Shown piece after piece: positions 1 to 9,794 of a stretch of DNA of 64,000 nucleotides. Origin of the DNA: an uncultured Bacillota bacterium (GTDB taxonomy: Bacteria > Sysuimicrobiota > Sysuimicrobiia > Sysuimicrobiales > Segetimicrobiaceae). Numbering within the stretch: the stretch's first letter is position 1; each line of letters begins with the position of its first letter. A program made the position numbers and the translations under genes. Below the pieces are notes generated by a model, which was not told the origin of the DNA, did no database searches, and saw only the letters and a list, made by a program, of their open reading frames with translations. Location of the stretch: positions 32,001 to 96,000 of the forward strand of contig CAWDRG010000010.1 in NCBI GenBank assembly GCA_963804645.1. Direction: 5' to 3'.

Positions 1-891
1 CACCAGCATCACGATCGCGGTGGCGGACGCGTATCCCATCCGGAAGCCCAGGAAGCCGGTCTGGTAGACGAACAGCGACAGCGTGGTGCTCGCGCTGTCC
101 GGCCCCCCGCCGGTCATCACGAGCGCCAGCACGAAGTTCTGCACCGTGAGCGTGATCGAGAACACCAGCACGACGAGCAGGGTCGGCCGGAGCAGCGGCG
201 CCGTAATCGAGCGAAACCGGCGCACCGTGTTGGCTCCGTCGACCTTGGCGGCCTCATAGAGCTCGCCTGGAATCGTCTGGAGCCCCGTAAGATAGATGAC
301 CATGCACAGGGGCGTGAGCCGCCAGGCCGTCGCGATCACGAGCGCCGGGACCACCCCCTGCGTGGAGAGCAGCCAGTTCACCGCCGGGAACCCGAGGCTC
401 GTCAGCGCATCGTTGACGAGCCCGTAGGCGTTGAAGAGAAACTGCCAGAGGATGGGCACGACGATGATCGGCACCACGGCCGGCAGAAAGATGAGCGTGC
501 GAAACAGCCCCCGCGCCGGCACCTTCTGATTCAGCAGGAGCGCGAGGGCGAGCCCCAGCACCATCGAGATCGCGATGGTCGCGCCTACGTAGTGCGCCGT
601 CGTCTCAAGCGCCCCACGGAAGGCGGTATCGTGGGTGAGCCGCGCGTAGTTTTGGACGCCGATAAAGTGCCGGGTGTGTTGGGTGAGGTTCGCGTCGGTC
701 AGGCTGAGCCAGCCGGCGTACGCCATCGGCCAGAACTTGAAGCACACAAAAAGGCCGAGCATCGGCAGGGCAAACACGAAACCCCACCACGGCTGCGTCG
801 GGCCGAGCCAGCGGCGGCGAAACCTGGTCACGAAGCCGCTCGCCGGTACGTGCTCGCGGCCGAGCACGCGCGCCGTCCCCTGAGTACTCAT
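1..891 (-). CDS. carbohydrate ABC transporter permease (MalF/UgpA-like), runs off left window edge
   Basis: Translated by hand from ATG at 891: MSTQGTARV...WGFVFALPMLGLFVCFKFWPMAY...FIGVQNY; contains EAA loop (IPGELYEAAKVDGA); follows two sugar-binding proteins. Confidence 0.9.
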   Translation of the reverse strand, partial: MSTQGTARVLGREHVPASGFVTRFRRRWLGPTQPWWGFVFALPMLGLFVCFKFWPMAYAGWLSLTDANLTQHTRHFIGVQNYARLTHDTAFRGALETTAHYVGATIAISMVLGLALALLLNQKVPARGLFRTLIFLPAVVPIIVVPILWQFLFNAYGLVNDALTSLGFPAVNWLLSTQGVVPALVIATAWRLTPLCMVIYLTGLQTIPGELYEAAKVDGANTVRRFRSITAPLLRPTLLVVLVFSITLTVQNFVLALVMTGGGPDSASTTLSLFVYQTGFLGFRMGYASATAIVMLV

Positions 892-984
892 GAATCGTGA
901 CGCCGCGGCGCGGCTCCGTGACGTCCACGGCCTTCACGGAGCAGCGTCATCGCGGTCGTCTCAGCGCGGGCGATGTCCGGCCCG

Positions 985-2301
985 CTATTTGCCGATCGAC
1001 TGCAGGTATTCTTTCTGCATCTCGTCGAGCGCCTGCGAAACCGGCTCCTGCTTGAATACGACCTTCTGCACCCCGTCCTGAATCGCCATCTGCAGCTGTC
1101 CCCAGGTTTTGGTCTGGGGAAGCGGCTGCGCGTGGGCGAGCTCATCCCTGAACACATTGATAAACGGAGTGTCCTTCACTTCGGGTGAGGAGAAGAAGCT
1201 CTTCCGCGGCGACACGGAGCCGAGCTGCTGCCAGCGGACGCCGCTCTGGTTCGTGATGTAGTTGATGAGACTCCAGGCGGCGTACTGCTCATCGGCCGAG
1301 GCGTTCTTGTTGACGCAGTAATCGAACGAGTACTTGGGCGAGCCGCCGATCTGCCCGGACAGGCTCGGCAGCGACGAGACGTAGACGTTGCCCTCGAGCT
1401 TGGGGTTCAGGCGCGTGGCGAAGCTGAGGGCGTTCGCGCCGCCGTACGACATCACGTCAAGGCCGTCGGCAAAATCCTGGTAGGGCGAGGTCTGGACGTC
1501 CTTGGTGACGGTCGGCTCGACCGCGACATCCGGGAAGATCTGCATCGCCTTGGCCGCCGCCGCCGAGGTCAAGAGCGGGTTTCCGCTGGGGTCCAGCACC
1601 CGCGCGCCCTGCGATTCCACGGACGCGACGAACAGCATGGCGTACCATTGGGGGCCGGCGGTGTACCGGATGCCGAACCCCCGCTGGACGAGGTGATGAT
1701 TGCTGTCGTACTTCGTCAGCGTCTTCTGCAGGGCGGCGACCTGCGCCCAGGTGTGCGGCACGTCCTGCGGAATCTTGAGCCCCGCGGCCGTGAACAGCGG
1801 CTTGTTGATGAACAGGCTCCACGCCGGTGCCACGCTCGGGAGGCAGTAGATCTGGCCCGCCCGGCTCTGCGCGTCGAGCGCGTGCGGAAGATACAGCGCG
1901 TAGATCTGGCTCACGTTCGGCACGTCGAACGGACCCGGGGTCGCCGGCGCCATGTACGGGATGAACCCCTCGATCCACGGCTCGAACGCCGAGAAGAGCG
2001 TCGGCCCGCCCCCGGCCGGCAGCTGGGTCGAGAGCTGCTGGAACGCCGGGCCGAGGGGCGCCTGCTGCGCCTGCACGGTAACGTTCGGGTGCAGCTTCTG
2101 CCACTCCGTGATGTACTTCTGTTCGAACTGGAACGACGGCAGCTCGTCGCTGCCGTTCATGGTGATCGTGATGTTCCCAGCCGGGAAGGCCGACCCGGCC
2201 GGACTTGCGGCGATGCTGCTGCCCACCCCGAAGGCGGCCGGGAGCACGGCCGCCAAGCACACTGCGATCCACACGAGAAGCGATCTGCGCACGATTCTCA
2301 C
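985..2301 (-). CDS. sugar ABC transporter substrate-binding protein (copy 1)
   Basis: 438-aa ORF, Sec signal peptide without lipobox, SBP_bac_1-like motifs (HPNVTVQ, LFINKPLF..AGL..P.TW), upstream of permease. Confidence 0.88.
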   Translation of the reverse strand: MRIVRRSLLVWIAVCLAAVLPAAFGVGSSIAASPAGSAFPAGNITITMNGSDELPSFQFEQKYITEWQKLHPNVTVQAQQAPLGPAFQQLSTQLPAGGGPTLFSAFEPWIEGFIPYMAPATPGPFDVPNVSQIYALYLPHALDAQSRAGQIYCLPSVAPAWSLFINKPLFTAAGLKIPQDVPHTWAQVAALQKTLTKYDSNHHLVQRGFGIRYTAGPQWYAMLFVASVESQGARVLDPSGNPLLTSAAAAKAMQIFPDVAVEPTVTKDVQTSPYQDFADGLDVMSYGGANALSFATRLNPKLEGNVYVSSLPSLSGQIGGSPKYSFDYCVNKNASADEQYAAWSLINYITNQSGVRWQQLGSVSPRKSFFSSPEVKDTPFINVFRDELAHAQPLPQTKTWGQLQMAIQDGVQKVVFKQEPVSQALDEMQKEYLQSIGK

Positions 2302-2467
2302 CCCTAAGGGACTGTGGTAGAGTACGTTCGTTGTTCTCGACCGGTGGCGCTTGGCTGAGTGCTACGGTCACGGGTCTTGACATCCCGACGCGCCGGCTCG
2401 GCGCTCACGGGGCCTCGCCAGACCGACACGATCGCTGCGGCTTCAGCGCGGGCGAACGTCCGGCCCG

Positions 2468-3775
2468 CTATTTGCCAATCGATTGCAAGTACTCCTTCTG
2501 CATCTCCGGAAGTGCCTGCGAGATCGGCTCCTGCTTGAACACGACCTTCTGAACCCCGTCCTGAATCGCCTGCTGCAGCTGACCCCAGTGGCTTGTCTCG
2601 GGAAGTGCCTGCGCATGGACCAGCTCGTTCTCGAAGACACTGATGAACGGCGTGCTCTTCACCGCGCTGGAGGCGAAAAAGTTCTTCCGCGGCTGTATCG
2701 CACCGGTCTTCGTCCAATACAGATCGCCGTGGTTCGTCATGTAGTCGATCAGGCTCCAGGCTGCGTACTGCTCGTCGGCGGACGCGCTCTTACTGACGCA
2801 ATAGTCGAACGAGTACTTGGGCGATCCCCCGACCTGCCCCGACAAGCTCGGGAGCTGCGAGACGTAGACGTTGCCGGTCAGCTTCGGATTCAGGCGCTCG
2901 GCGAAGCTGAGCGCGTTCGCGCCGCCGTACGACATGACGTCGAGGCCGTCGGCAAAATCCTGATACGGAGACGTCTGAACGGCTTTGGTGACGGAAGGAT
3001 CGACCGCGGTCTCCTGAAAGATCTGCATCGCCTTCGCGGCCGCCGCGGACGTGAGCAGCGGGTTCCCGCTGCTGTCCAGCACCTGCGCGCCCTGCGACTC
3101 GACGGACGCGACGAACAGCATCGAGTACCACTGGGGCCCCGCGGTGTACCGAACGCCGAAGCCGCGCTGAATGAGGTGATGACTACTGTCATACTTCGTC
3201 AGCCGCTTCTGCAGCGCGGCGACCTGCGCCCACGTGTGCGGAACGTCCTGCGGGATCCTGAGGCCCGCCGCCGTGAACTCCGGTCTGTTAATGAGCAGAC
3301 TCCATGAAGGAGCCGCACTCGGAAGGCAGTAAATCTGGCCCTGCCGGCTCTGGGCGTCGAGCGAGTGCGGGAGATACAGCGCATAAATCTGACTCATGCT
3401 CGGGAGCTCGAACGCGGCCGGATTCGCTGGCGCCATGTACGGGTAAAAGCCTTCGATCCAGGGCTCGAAGACCGAGAAGATCGTTGGCCCGCTCCCGGCC
3501 GGCAGCTCGGTCGAAAGCTTCTGAAACGCAGGGCCGAGGGGCGCCTGCTGCGCCTGCACGGTCACGTTCGGGTGCGCCTTGTTCCAGCCTGCGATCAGGC
3601 TCTGCTCGAGCTGAAACTGCGGCAGCTCGTCGCTGCCGAACATGGTGATCGTGATGTTGCCTGTCGGGAAGCCGGATGCGGCTGCACCGGCAGCGATACT
3701 GCTGTCCACGCCGAGCGCGGCCGGGAAGACGGCCGCCAAGAACACTGCGGTCCACACGAACAGCGATCTGCGCAT
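2468..3775 (-). CDS. sugar ABC transporter substrate-binding protein (copy 2, tandem paralog)
   Basis: 435-aa ORF colinear with 985..2301, long identical stretches (QTSPYQDFADGLDVMSYGGANALSFA; EMQKEYLQSIGK). Confidence 0.88.
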   Translation of the reverse strand: MRRSLFVWTAVFLAAVFPAALGVDSSIAAGAAASGFPTGNITITMFGSDELPQFQLEQSLIAGWNKAHPNVTVQAQQAPLGPAFQKLSTELPAGSGPTIFSVFEPWIEGFYPYMAPANPAAFELPSMSQIYALYLPHSLDAQSRQGQIYCLPSAAPSWSLLINRPEFTAAGLRIPQDVPHTWAQVAALQKRLTKYDSSHHLIQRGFGVRYTAGPQWYSMLFVASVESQGAQVLDSSGNPLLTSAAAAKAMQIFQETAVDPSVTKAVQTSPYQDFADGLDVMSYGGANALSFAERLNPKLTGNVYVSQLPSLSGQVGGSPKYSFDYCVSKSASADEQYAAWSLIDYMTNHGDLYWTKTGAIQPRKNFFASSAVKSTPFISVFENELVHAQALPETSHWGQLQQAIQDGVQKVVFKQEPISQALPEMQKEYLQSIGK

Positions 3776-4233
3776 CTACCTCACCTATGCAGATGTGTCG
3801 TTTACCACAGCGATCCTTACCGTGTGACCGAACAGCACTCGGCTTGATTCTACGGCGACCGGTGGGGACCTGTTCCGCTGTCAGCGCCGGTGATACACAG
3901 GGCGGCACAGACTCCCGCAGCCGGAACGGACCGGTGCCGACGGCAGTCAGCGCCAGATTCTGCTGCTCCGCGATGCCGTTCGGGATGATCCCGGACGCGC
4001 AGGCTGGCGAACTCGCTCAGCAGCCCCGGGGTGCGGCGCGTTCACTTACCCCGAAGAGCCAGATGGACTTTTGCAACAGAAGGTGTTCAGGCACAGATAA
4101 TGGAAGTTCCGGATCATATAGACGTCGTTTCAGAGAAGGAACGACGAATCGGCAAGCCCGCAAAGGTACAGCATCCCCCGGTCAGGGGCGACTGCCGAAG
4201 ACACTGTGGAATCTGAATTTAGGGAGGAAGAAG

Positions 4234-4650
4234 GTGAGTGACCAAGCCAATGTGGCTTTGGTTCAGAGTGTGTACCACGAGTTCAGCCGCGGCGATATCG
4301 CGGCCGTCCTGAATCACCTGGATCCGCAGGCGGACCTGAACTTCGAGGGGCCGTCGGCGATTCCGTGGGCTGGAAATTGGCACGGACGCGAGGGCTGGGC
4401 GAAGTTCTTCCAGGCGCTCGGCGAGAACCTCGACGACATCACGGTGACGATGGAACCGTTCGCGGTGCAGGGTGACAACGTGGTAGCGGCCGGGCGGTAT
4501 CAGGCGCGCGTCAAGCTGACGGGCAAGCGGATCGATTCGCCGCTGGTGCATCTGTGGACCATCCGCAATGGCATGGTAGTACGGTGTCAGGAACTGACCA
4601 ACACAGCGACAGAGGCGGCCGCATTTACTGCGGGCGCTGCAGCACGGTAA
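4234..4650 (+). CDS. SnoaL-like / NTF2-family (ketosteroid isomerase-like) protein
   Basis: GTG at 4234 after AGGGAGG SD; NVALVQSVY..FSRGD, AGNWHGREG, VHLWTIRNG pattern; the longer ORF start at 3676 is not supported. Confidence 0.85.
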   Translation: MSDQANVALVQSVYHEFSRGDIAAVLNHLDPQADLNFEGPSAIPWAGNWHGREGWAKFFQALGENLDDITVTMEPFAVQGDNVVAAGRYQARVKLTGKRIDSPLVHLWTIRNGMVVRCQELTNTATEAAAFTAGAAAR

Positions 4651-4713
4651 ACGCGGCAGTCTCCTCAATTCTGAAATTTGCCGTTAAGGCCTCGCGCTGC
4701 GGATGAGACCATA

Positions 4714-4866
4714 TTATGCTAAACCATTAACGCCCTGGGCGTACGTGGCAAACGTGTCCGGCACGTCGGTGATCGTATAGCCGTAGGTGTCGGCCGTGCG
4801 GACCGGCATCGCGCTGAGCACGCCGATCGTGAGCAGGACAGCCAGGAGTCGAACGACAATTCGCAT
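4714..4866 (-). pseudogene. truncated secreted-protein gene (50 aa: signal peptide plus start of mature domain)
   Basis: Hand translation MRIVVRLLAVLLTIGVLSAMPVRTADTYGYTITDVPDTFATYAQGVNGLA*; GC-rich codons end abruptly in AT-rich DNA. Confidence 0.45.
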
Positions 4867-4943
4867 CGGCCCACCATGCCAGGCGTCCGGCGCACCTCTC
4901 TTTGCGAATCAGGCGCGATCGTGCCGCGGTCCGCGCCGTCGCG

Positions 4944-4973
4944 TTGACGCCTCGAGCCGGTGAATGGTATCAT
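4944..4973 (+). promoter_or_regulatory. sigma70-type promoter TTGACG-N18-TATCAT with extended -10 TG
   Basis: Consensus-like hexamers in GC-rich background, immediately before a structured leader. Confidence 0.55.
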
Positions 4974-4979
4974 CCTGAT

Positions 4980-5161
4980 ACAGTCGGAGATGCGTCCGGC
5001 GACGGCGACCTTCGGTCGTGCTGCTCCGGGCACGCCCGGCGAGTCGGAGCGCATCCGGACGGCGCGCGTGATCGCTGTTGCGTGCCAGGCGCGGCTGCCT
5101 GGAACTGCACTGACACCGCGGTGATGCTCTCGCCTCCGCACGGCGGGAGCACTTTTCGTTT
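4980..5161 (+). ncRNA. candidate structured 5' leader / cis-regulatory RNA of unknown class
   Basis: Multiple stems between promoter and intrinsic terminator, 57 nt upstream of aminotransferase ATG; no match by eye to a known riboswitch. Confidence 0.4.
5125..5161 (+). terminator. intrinsic terminator / attenuator upstream of aminotransferase-serS
   Basis: Stem TGCTCTCGCC/GGCGGGAGCA (10 bp incl. one G-U), 7-nt loop, tail CTTTTCGTTT. Confidence 0.6.
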
Positions 5162-5218
5162 CGGCGAGACGCGCGCGTCCAGGCGGACCGCGCCACACGC
5201 ACCACGAGGGGGAGCGTC

Positions 5219-6382
5219 ATGACCCGGACCACCCTGCTGATTCCCGGCCCGACCCCACTGCCGCCCGAAGTGCTCCAAGCGATGGACCGGCAGATGATCA
5301 ACCACCGCGGCCCGGTGTTCGGCCGGATGATCCGGGACATCCTGGACGGCCTCGGGACGATCTTCCAGACGAAGAACGAGATCATCCCGCTCAGCTCGTC
5401 CGGCACCGGCGGCTTGGAGGCGTCGATCGTCAACTTCCTGTCCGCCGGCGACCGCGTCCTGTCGGTCAACAACGGCAGCTTCTGCGAGCGGTGGGCGGTG
5501 ATCGCCGAGCAGTACGGCGTGCGCGTGGACCGCGTGGAGGCGGCGTGGGGGAAGCCCACCCCGCTCGAGGCGGTCGCCGAGCACCTCCGGAAAGATGCCC
5601 GGCGGGAATACCGCGCGGTCTTGGTCACGCAGAGCGAGACCAGCACGGGGGTGCTGAACGACGTGCGCGGCGTCCGCGAGGCGCTCGGCGATCACCCGGC
5701 GCTCCTGATGGTGGACGGGATCAGCTCGATCGGCGCGGTCCCGATCGACACCGACGGCTGGGGCGTGGATGTCGCCGTGACCGGCTCTCAGAAAGCGCTG
5801 ATGAGCCCGCCGGGCCTTGCGTTCGTCAGCGTGAGCGCGCGGGCGTGGCAGGCGGCGGAGCGGTCCACGCTGCCCAAGTTCTACTTCGACCTGCGCAAGG
5901 CCAAGGCGCAGATCGAAGGGGCCTCACCGTCCACGCCGTTTACGCCGGCGATGAGCATCGTGTTCGCGGTGCATGCGGCGGTCGGCCTGATCCTCCGCGA
6001 AGGACTCGCGCAGGTGTTCGAGCGCCACCGCCGCCTGGCCCGGACCGCCCGTGCGGGCGTCCGGGGCATGGGGCTCAGGACGCTGGCCGAGGATGCGTAC
6101 GCCGTCGACACGGTGACGCCGGTCGTGATGCCCGACGGCGTACAGGGACGCGCCGTCGTCGCGCGCGCGCGGGACGCGTACGACGTCGTGCTGGGAGCGG
6201 GCATCGGCCGCCTGGATCAGACGACCATCCGGATCGGGCATCTCGGCTACATGCTGCCGGAGTGGCTGCTCACCGGGCTCGAGGCGCTCGGCCGCTCCCT
6301 GAGCGACGTCGGACATCCGGTCGAGACCAACGCGGGCCTGTTGGCGGCGCGGCAGGTCCTCGAGACCGCGGCGCGGCGGTAG
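5219..6382 (+). CDS. class V PLP aminotransferase (serine-pyruvate / alanine-glyoxylate family)
   Basis: LLIPGPTP, INHRGP, SETSTGV, VDGISSIG, TGSQKALMSPPGL (PLP Lys), RIGHLG. Confidence 0.92.
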   Translation: MTRTTLLIPGPTPLPPEVLQAMDRQMINHRGPVFGRMIRDILDGLGTIFQTKNEIIPLSSSGTGGLEASIVNFLSAGDRVLSVNNGSFCERWAVIAEQYGVRVDRVEAAWGKPTPLEAVAEHLRKDARREYRAVLVTQSETSTGVLNDVRGVREALGDHPALLMVDGISSIGAVPIDTDGWGVDVAVTGSQKALMSPPGLAFVSVSARAWQAAERSTLPKFYFDLRKAKAQIEGASPSTPFTPAMSIVFAVHAAVGLILREGLAQVFERHRRLARTARAGVRGMGLRTLAEDAYAVDTVTPVVMPDGVQGRAVVARARDAYDVVLGAGIGRLDQTTIRIGHLGYMLPEWLLTGLEALGRSLSDVGHPVETNAGLLAARQVLETAARR

Positions 6383-6405
6383 CCGATGCGAGCGGACGCC
6401 CACTC

Positions 6406-7689
6406 GTGATCGATCTCAGACTGCTGCGCGAACAGCCGGACCTCTTCCGCGCCTCGATGACGAAGCGCGGGCTCGACCCCGGCCTTGTGGATCGGGTGCT
6501 CGCCCTCGACCGGACCCGGCGTGAGTACCTGCACCGCGTCGAGGAGCTGCGCGCGGCGCAGAAGCGGGCGTCCGAAGAGATTCCCCGCCTCAGCGGCGAG
6601 GCGCGCAGCACGCGGATCGACGAGATGAAGCGGCTCGCGGCGGAGATCAAGGCCGAGGAACCCGCCCTCGCCGCGACCGAAGCCACCCTGAACGCGGCGC
6701 TGGCACTGATCCCGAACCCGCCGCATCCGTCGGTTCCCGCGGGCGGCGCCGATCACAGCGAGGTCCTCCGCCTGGTGGGGGAGATCCCGGCGTTTCCGTT
6801 CGCGCCGCGGGATCACGTGGAGCTCGGCACGCGGCTCGGCCTCCTCGACATGGAGCGCGGCGCCAAGGTGTCGGGATCGCGGTTCTTCTTCCTGCGCGGG
6901 GACGGCGCCCTGCTCGAGCTGGCCCTGATCCGCTACGCGGTCGACCGGCTGCTCGCGGAGGGCTTCTCTCCGACGATCACCCCGGTGCTCGTCCGCCAGG
7001 AGCACCTCCTCAGCATGATGGGCGGCGCGCTACTCGACGACCAGATGGTATACCGCGTCGAAGGCGAGGACTTGGCGCTGACCGGCACCTCGGAGATGGC
7101 GCTCGGCGCCATGTACGCCGGCGAGATGCTGGACGACTCCGCGCTGCCGATCCGCCTCTGCGGCATCTCGACGTGCTTCCGCCGGGAGGCCGGGGCGCTC
7201 GGCAAGGACACGCGCGGGATCTTCCGGGTGCACCAGTTCGACAAGGTCGAGATGTTCTCGTACTGCCACCCCGACCGGTCGTGGGAGGAGCATGAGCATC
7301 TGCTCGACGTGGAGGAGCGGCTGTGGCAAACGCTCGGCCTGCCGTACCGCGTCGTCAACATCGCCGCCGGGGATCTCGGCGATCCCGCGGCGCGCAAGTT
7401 CGACATCGAGACGTGGATGCCGGGGCGCGGGGATTACGGGGAGACGCAGTCGTGCAGCAACTGCACCGACTTTCAGTCACGCGCGCTCAACATCCGCCTG
7501 CGGCGGCGCGAGCGGGGGACGGAGTTCGTGCACACGCTGAACGGCACGGCGCTCGCGGTGCCCCGGACGATCGTGGCGATCTTAGAGAACTACCAGCAGG
7601 AGGACGGCAGCGTGCGGGTCCCGGTGCCGCTCGTGCCGTACCTCGGGGGGCTGACCGAACTCCGTCCGCGCCCCGCGCCGGGCGGCTAG
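6406..7689 (+). CDS. serS: serine--tRNA ligase
   Basis: GTG start 6406 (IDLRLLRE); coiled-coil N-arm; GTSE, CFRREAG, RVHQFDKVE, SCSNCTDFQSR, HTLNGT, ILENYQ. Confidence 0.97.
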   Translation: MIDLRLLREQPDLFRASMTKRGLDPGLVDRVLALDRTRREYLHRVEELRAAQKRASEEIPRLSGEARSTRIDEMKRLAAEIKAEEPALAATEATLNAALALIPNPPHPSVPAGGADHSEVLRLVGEIPAFPFAPRDHVELGTRLGLLDMERGAKVSGSRFFFLRGDGALLELALIRYAVDRLLAEGFSPTITPVLVRQEHLLSMMGGALLDDQMVYRVEGEDLALTGTSEMALGAMYAGEMLDDSALPIRLCGISTCFRREAGALGKDTRGIFRVHQFDKVEMFSYCHPDRSWEEHEHLLDVEERLWQTLGLPYRVVNIAAGDLGDPAARKFDIETWMPGRGDYGETQSCSNCTDFQSRALNIRLRRRERGTEFVHTLNGTALAVPRTIVAILENYQQEDGSVRVPVPLVPYLGGLTELRPRPAPGG

Positions 7690-7728
7690 CGCGCGCGCCC
7701 GCCGCGCGCCATCACGATCGCGCGGGCG

Positions 7729-8346
7729 CTATCCCTCGGCCGCGACGCGCGGCATCCAGTCCGGCCGTCCCGCTTCGAACCGCACGAGCTCGGCCTCGTG
7801 CTGGAGCGTCAGGCCGATCGGATCGAGCCCGTTGAGCAGGCAGTGCCGCTTGAACGCATCGATCTCGAATCGGTCCCGCCGCCCGAACCCGTCGACGACC
7901 GTCTGGCCCTCGAGATCGACCGTCAGCTGGTACCCCTCGCGCGCGGATGCGGTCTCGAGGATCTCCCGGATCCGCGCCTCGGGGAGCACCACCGTCAAGA
8001 GACCGATCTGCGCCGCGTTGTTCGAGAAGATGTCCGCGAACGAGGGCGCGATCACCACCGAAAAGCCGTAGTCCTGGAGGGCCCACGCCGCGTGCTCCCG
8101 CGAGGAGCCGCAGCCGAAGTTGCGGCCCGCCACGAGCACCGACCCCTCCCGGTACTGCGGCCGGTTCAACACGAACTCGGGGTTCGGGGAGCCGTCGGGA
8201 AGATAGCGCAGGCTCTGGAACAGGACGTCGCCGTAGCCGGTGCGCTCGATGCGCTTGAGGAAGCGCGCGGGGATGATCAGATCCGTGTCCACGTCCGCGC
8301 GGTCGAAGGGCACCGCCACGCCGGTATGGTTGGTAAACGGTTTCAT
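7729..8346 (-). CDS. leuD: 3-isopropylmalate dehydratase small subunit
   Basis: ATG 8346 overlapping leuC stop; [45 protein letters not shown]. Confidence 0.96.
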   Translation of the reverse strand: MKPFTNHTGVAVPFDRADVDTDLIIPARFLKRIERTGYGDVLFQSLRYLPDGSPNPEFVLNRPQYREGSVLVAGRNFGCGSSREHAAWALQDYGFSVVIAPSFADIFSNNAAQIGLLTVVLPEARIREILETASAREGYQLTVDLEGQTVVDGFGRRDRFEIDAFKRHCLLNGLDPIGLTLQHEAELVRFEAGRPDWMPRVAAEG

Positions 8347-9755
8347 CGCTCGCCCCCCCACGCACGGATGTCCACGAAGTGGCCGGCGATCGCCGCGGCG
8401 GCCGCCATCGGCGGGCTCACGAGGTGCGTCCGGCCCCCGGGCCCCTGCCGCCCCTCGAAGTTCCGGTTGGACGTCGACGCGCACCGCTCGCCCGGACCGA
8501 GAATGTCGGGGTTCATCCCGAGGCACATCGAACAGCCCGCCTCGCGCCACTCGAATCCCGCGCCGAGGAAGATCCGGTCGAGCCCCTCTCGCTCCGCCGC
8601 GGCCTTGACCTGCTGCGAGCCCGGCACGACGAGCGCCCGCACGGACGGGTTCACCTTCCGGCCGTCCGCGATGCGCGCGGCCGCCCGCAGATCCTCGATC
8701 CGCGCGTTGGTGCACGACCCGATGAACACTCGGTCGACCGCGATCTCCTGAATCGGCGTGCCCGGCCGCAGGGCCATGTACGCGAGCGCCCGCTCCACCG
8801 CGGCGCGCGCCCGCGGATCGGACTGCGCGTCCGGATCGGGCACGCGGCCCGTCACCGGCTCGGACTGCGACGGATTCGTGCCCCACGTCACGAACGGCTC
8901 GATCGTCTTCGCGTCCAGCTCGACCCGCGCGTCGTAGGACGCTCCCGGGTCGGTCGGGAGTCCCCGCCAATACTCCACGGCCCGCGCCCACGCCGCGCCA
9001 CGCGGCGCGTACGGCCGGCCCTCCGAGTACGCGAGCGTCGTGTCGTCCGGGGCGATGAGCCCGGCACGCGCCCCGCCCTCGATCGTCATGTTGCAGACCG
9101 TCATGCGCCCTTCCATGGAAAGCGCCCGGATCGTCGACCCGGTGTATTCGACCACGTGCCCCATGCCGCCGCCGACGCCGATCTTCCGGATGATGCCCAA
9201 GATCAGATCCTTCGGCGTGGTGCCCGGCGGGAGCGCGCCGTCCACGCGGATCTCCATCGTCTTCGGCCGCCGCTGGGGCAGCATCTGGGTCGCCAGCACG
9301 TGCTCCACCTCGGACGTGCCGATGCCGAACGCGAGCGCGCCGAGCGCCCCGTGGGTCGCCGTGTGACTGTCTCCGCACACGATCAGCATCCCCGGCAGCG
9401 TGAGCCCCAATTCCGGCCCGATGATGTGCACGATCCCCTGCCGCTGGCTCAGGAGGCCTTCGAGCCGCACCCCGAACTCCGGAGCGTTCCGCTCGAGCGC
9501 CTCGATCTGCTTCTTGCTGATCGGATCGGTGATCGGCTGCGTACGCGGCCAGGTCGGCACGTTGTGGTCGAGCACGGCAAACGTCAGGTCCGGGCGGCGC
9601 ACCCGCCGGTGATGGATCCGGAGCCCCTCGAACGCCTGCGGCGAGGTGACCTCGTGGACGAGGTGCATGTCCACGAACAGCAGGTCGGGCTCACCGTCGC
9701 CGCGGTGCACGACGTGCGCGTCCCAGATCTTTTCCACCAGTGTGCGAGGGGTCAC
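8343..9755 (-). CDS. leuC: 3-isopropylmalate dehydratase large subunit
   Basis: [58 protein letters not shown]. Confidence 0.97.
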   Translation of the reverse strand: MTPRTLVEKIWDAHVVHRGDGEPDLLFVDMHLVHEVTSPQAFEGLRIHHRRVRRPDLTFAVLDHNVPTWPRTQPITDPISKKQIEALERNAPEFGVRLEGLLSQRQGIVHIIGPELGLTLPGMLIVCGDSHTATHGALGALAFGIGTSEVEHVLATQMLPQRRPKTMEIRVDGALPPGTTPKDLILGIIRKIGVGGGMGHVVEYTGSTIRALSMEGRMTVCNMTIEGGARAGLIAPDDTTLAYSEGRPYAPRGAAWARAVEYWRGLPTDPGASYDARVELDAKTIEPFVTWGTNPSQSEPVTGRVPDPDAQSDPRARAAVERALAYMALRPGTPIQEIAVDRVFIGSCTNARIEDLRAAARIADGRKVNPSVRALVVPGSQQVKAAAEREGLDRIFLGAGFEWREAGCSMCLGMNPDILGPGERCASTSNRNFEGRQGPGGRTHLVSPPMAAAAAIAGHFVDIRAWGGER

Positions 9756-9794
9756 AGGGCCTCCTGCGCGGCGGTCTCGGACCGCCGCGGGCGC

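Noticed and set aside
5100..5135. Canonical T-box riboswitch call
   Set aside because: TGACACC instead of TGGNACC, flanking antiterminator helix does not pair, and no clear AGAGA or GNUG boxes; kept only as an unclassified leader.
5491..6405. Apparent 305-aa N-terminal extension of SerS
   Set aside because: Off-frame overlap with the aminotransferase; SerS homology starts at GTG 6406.
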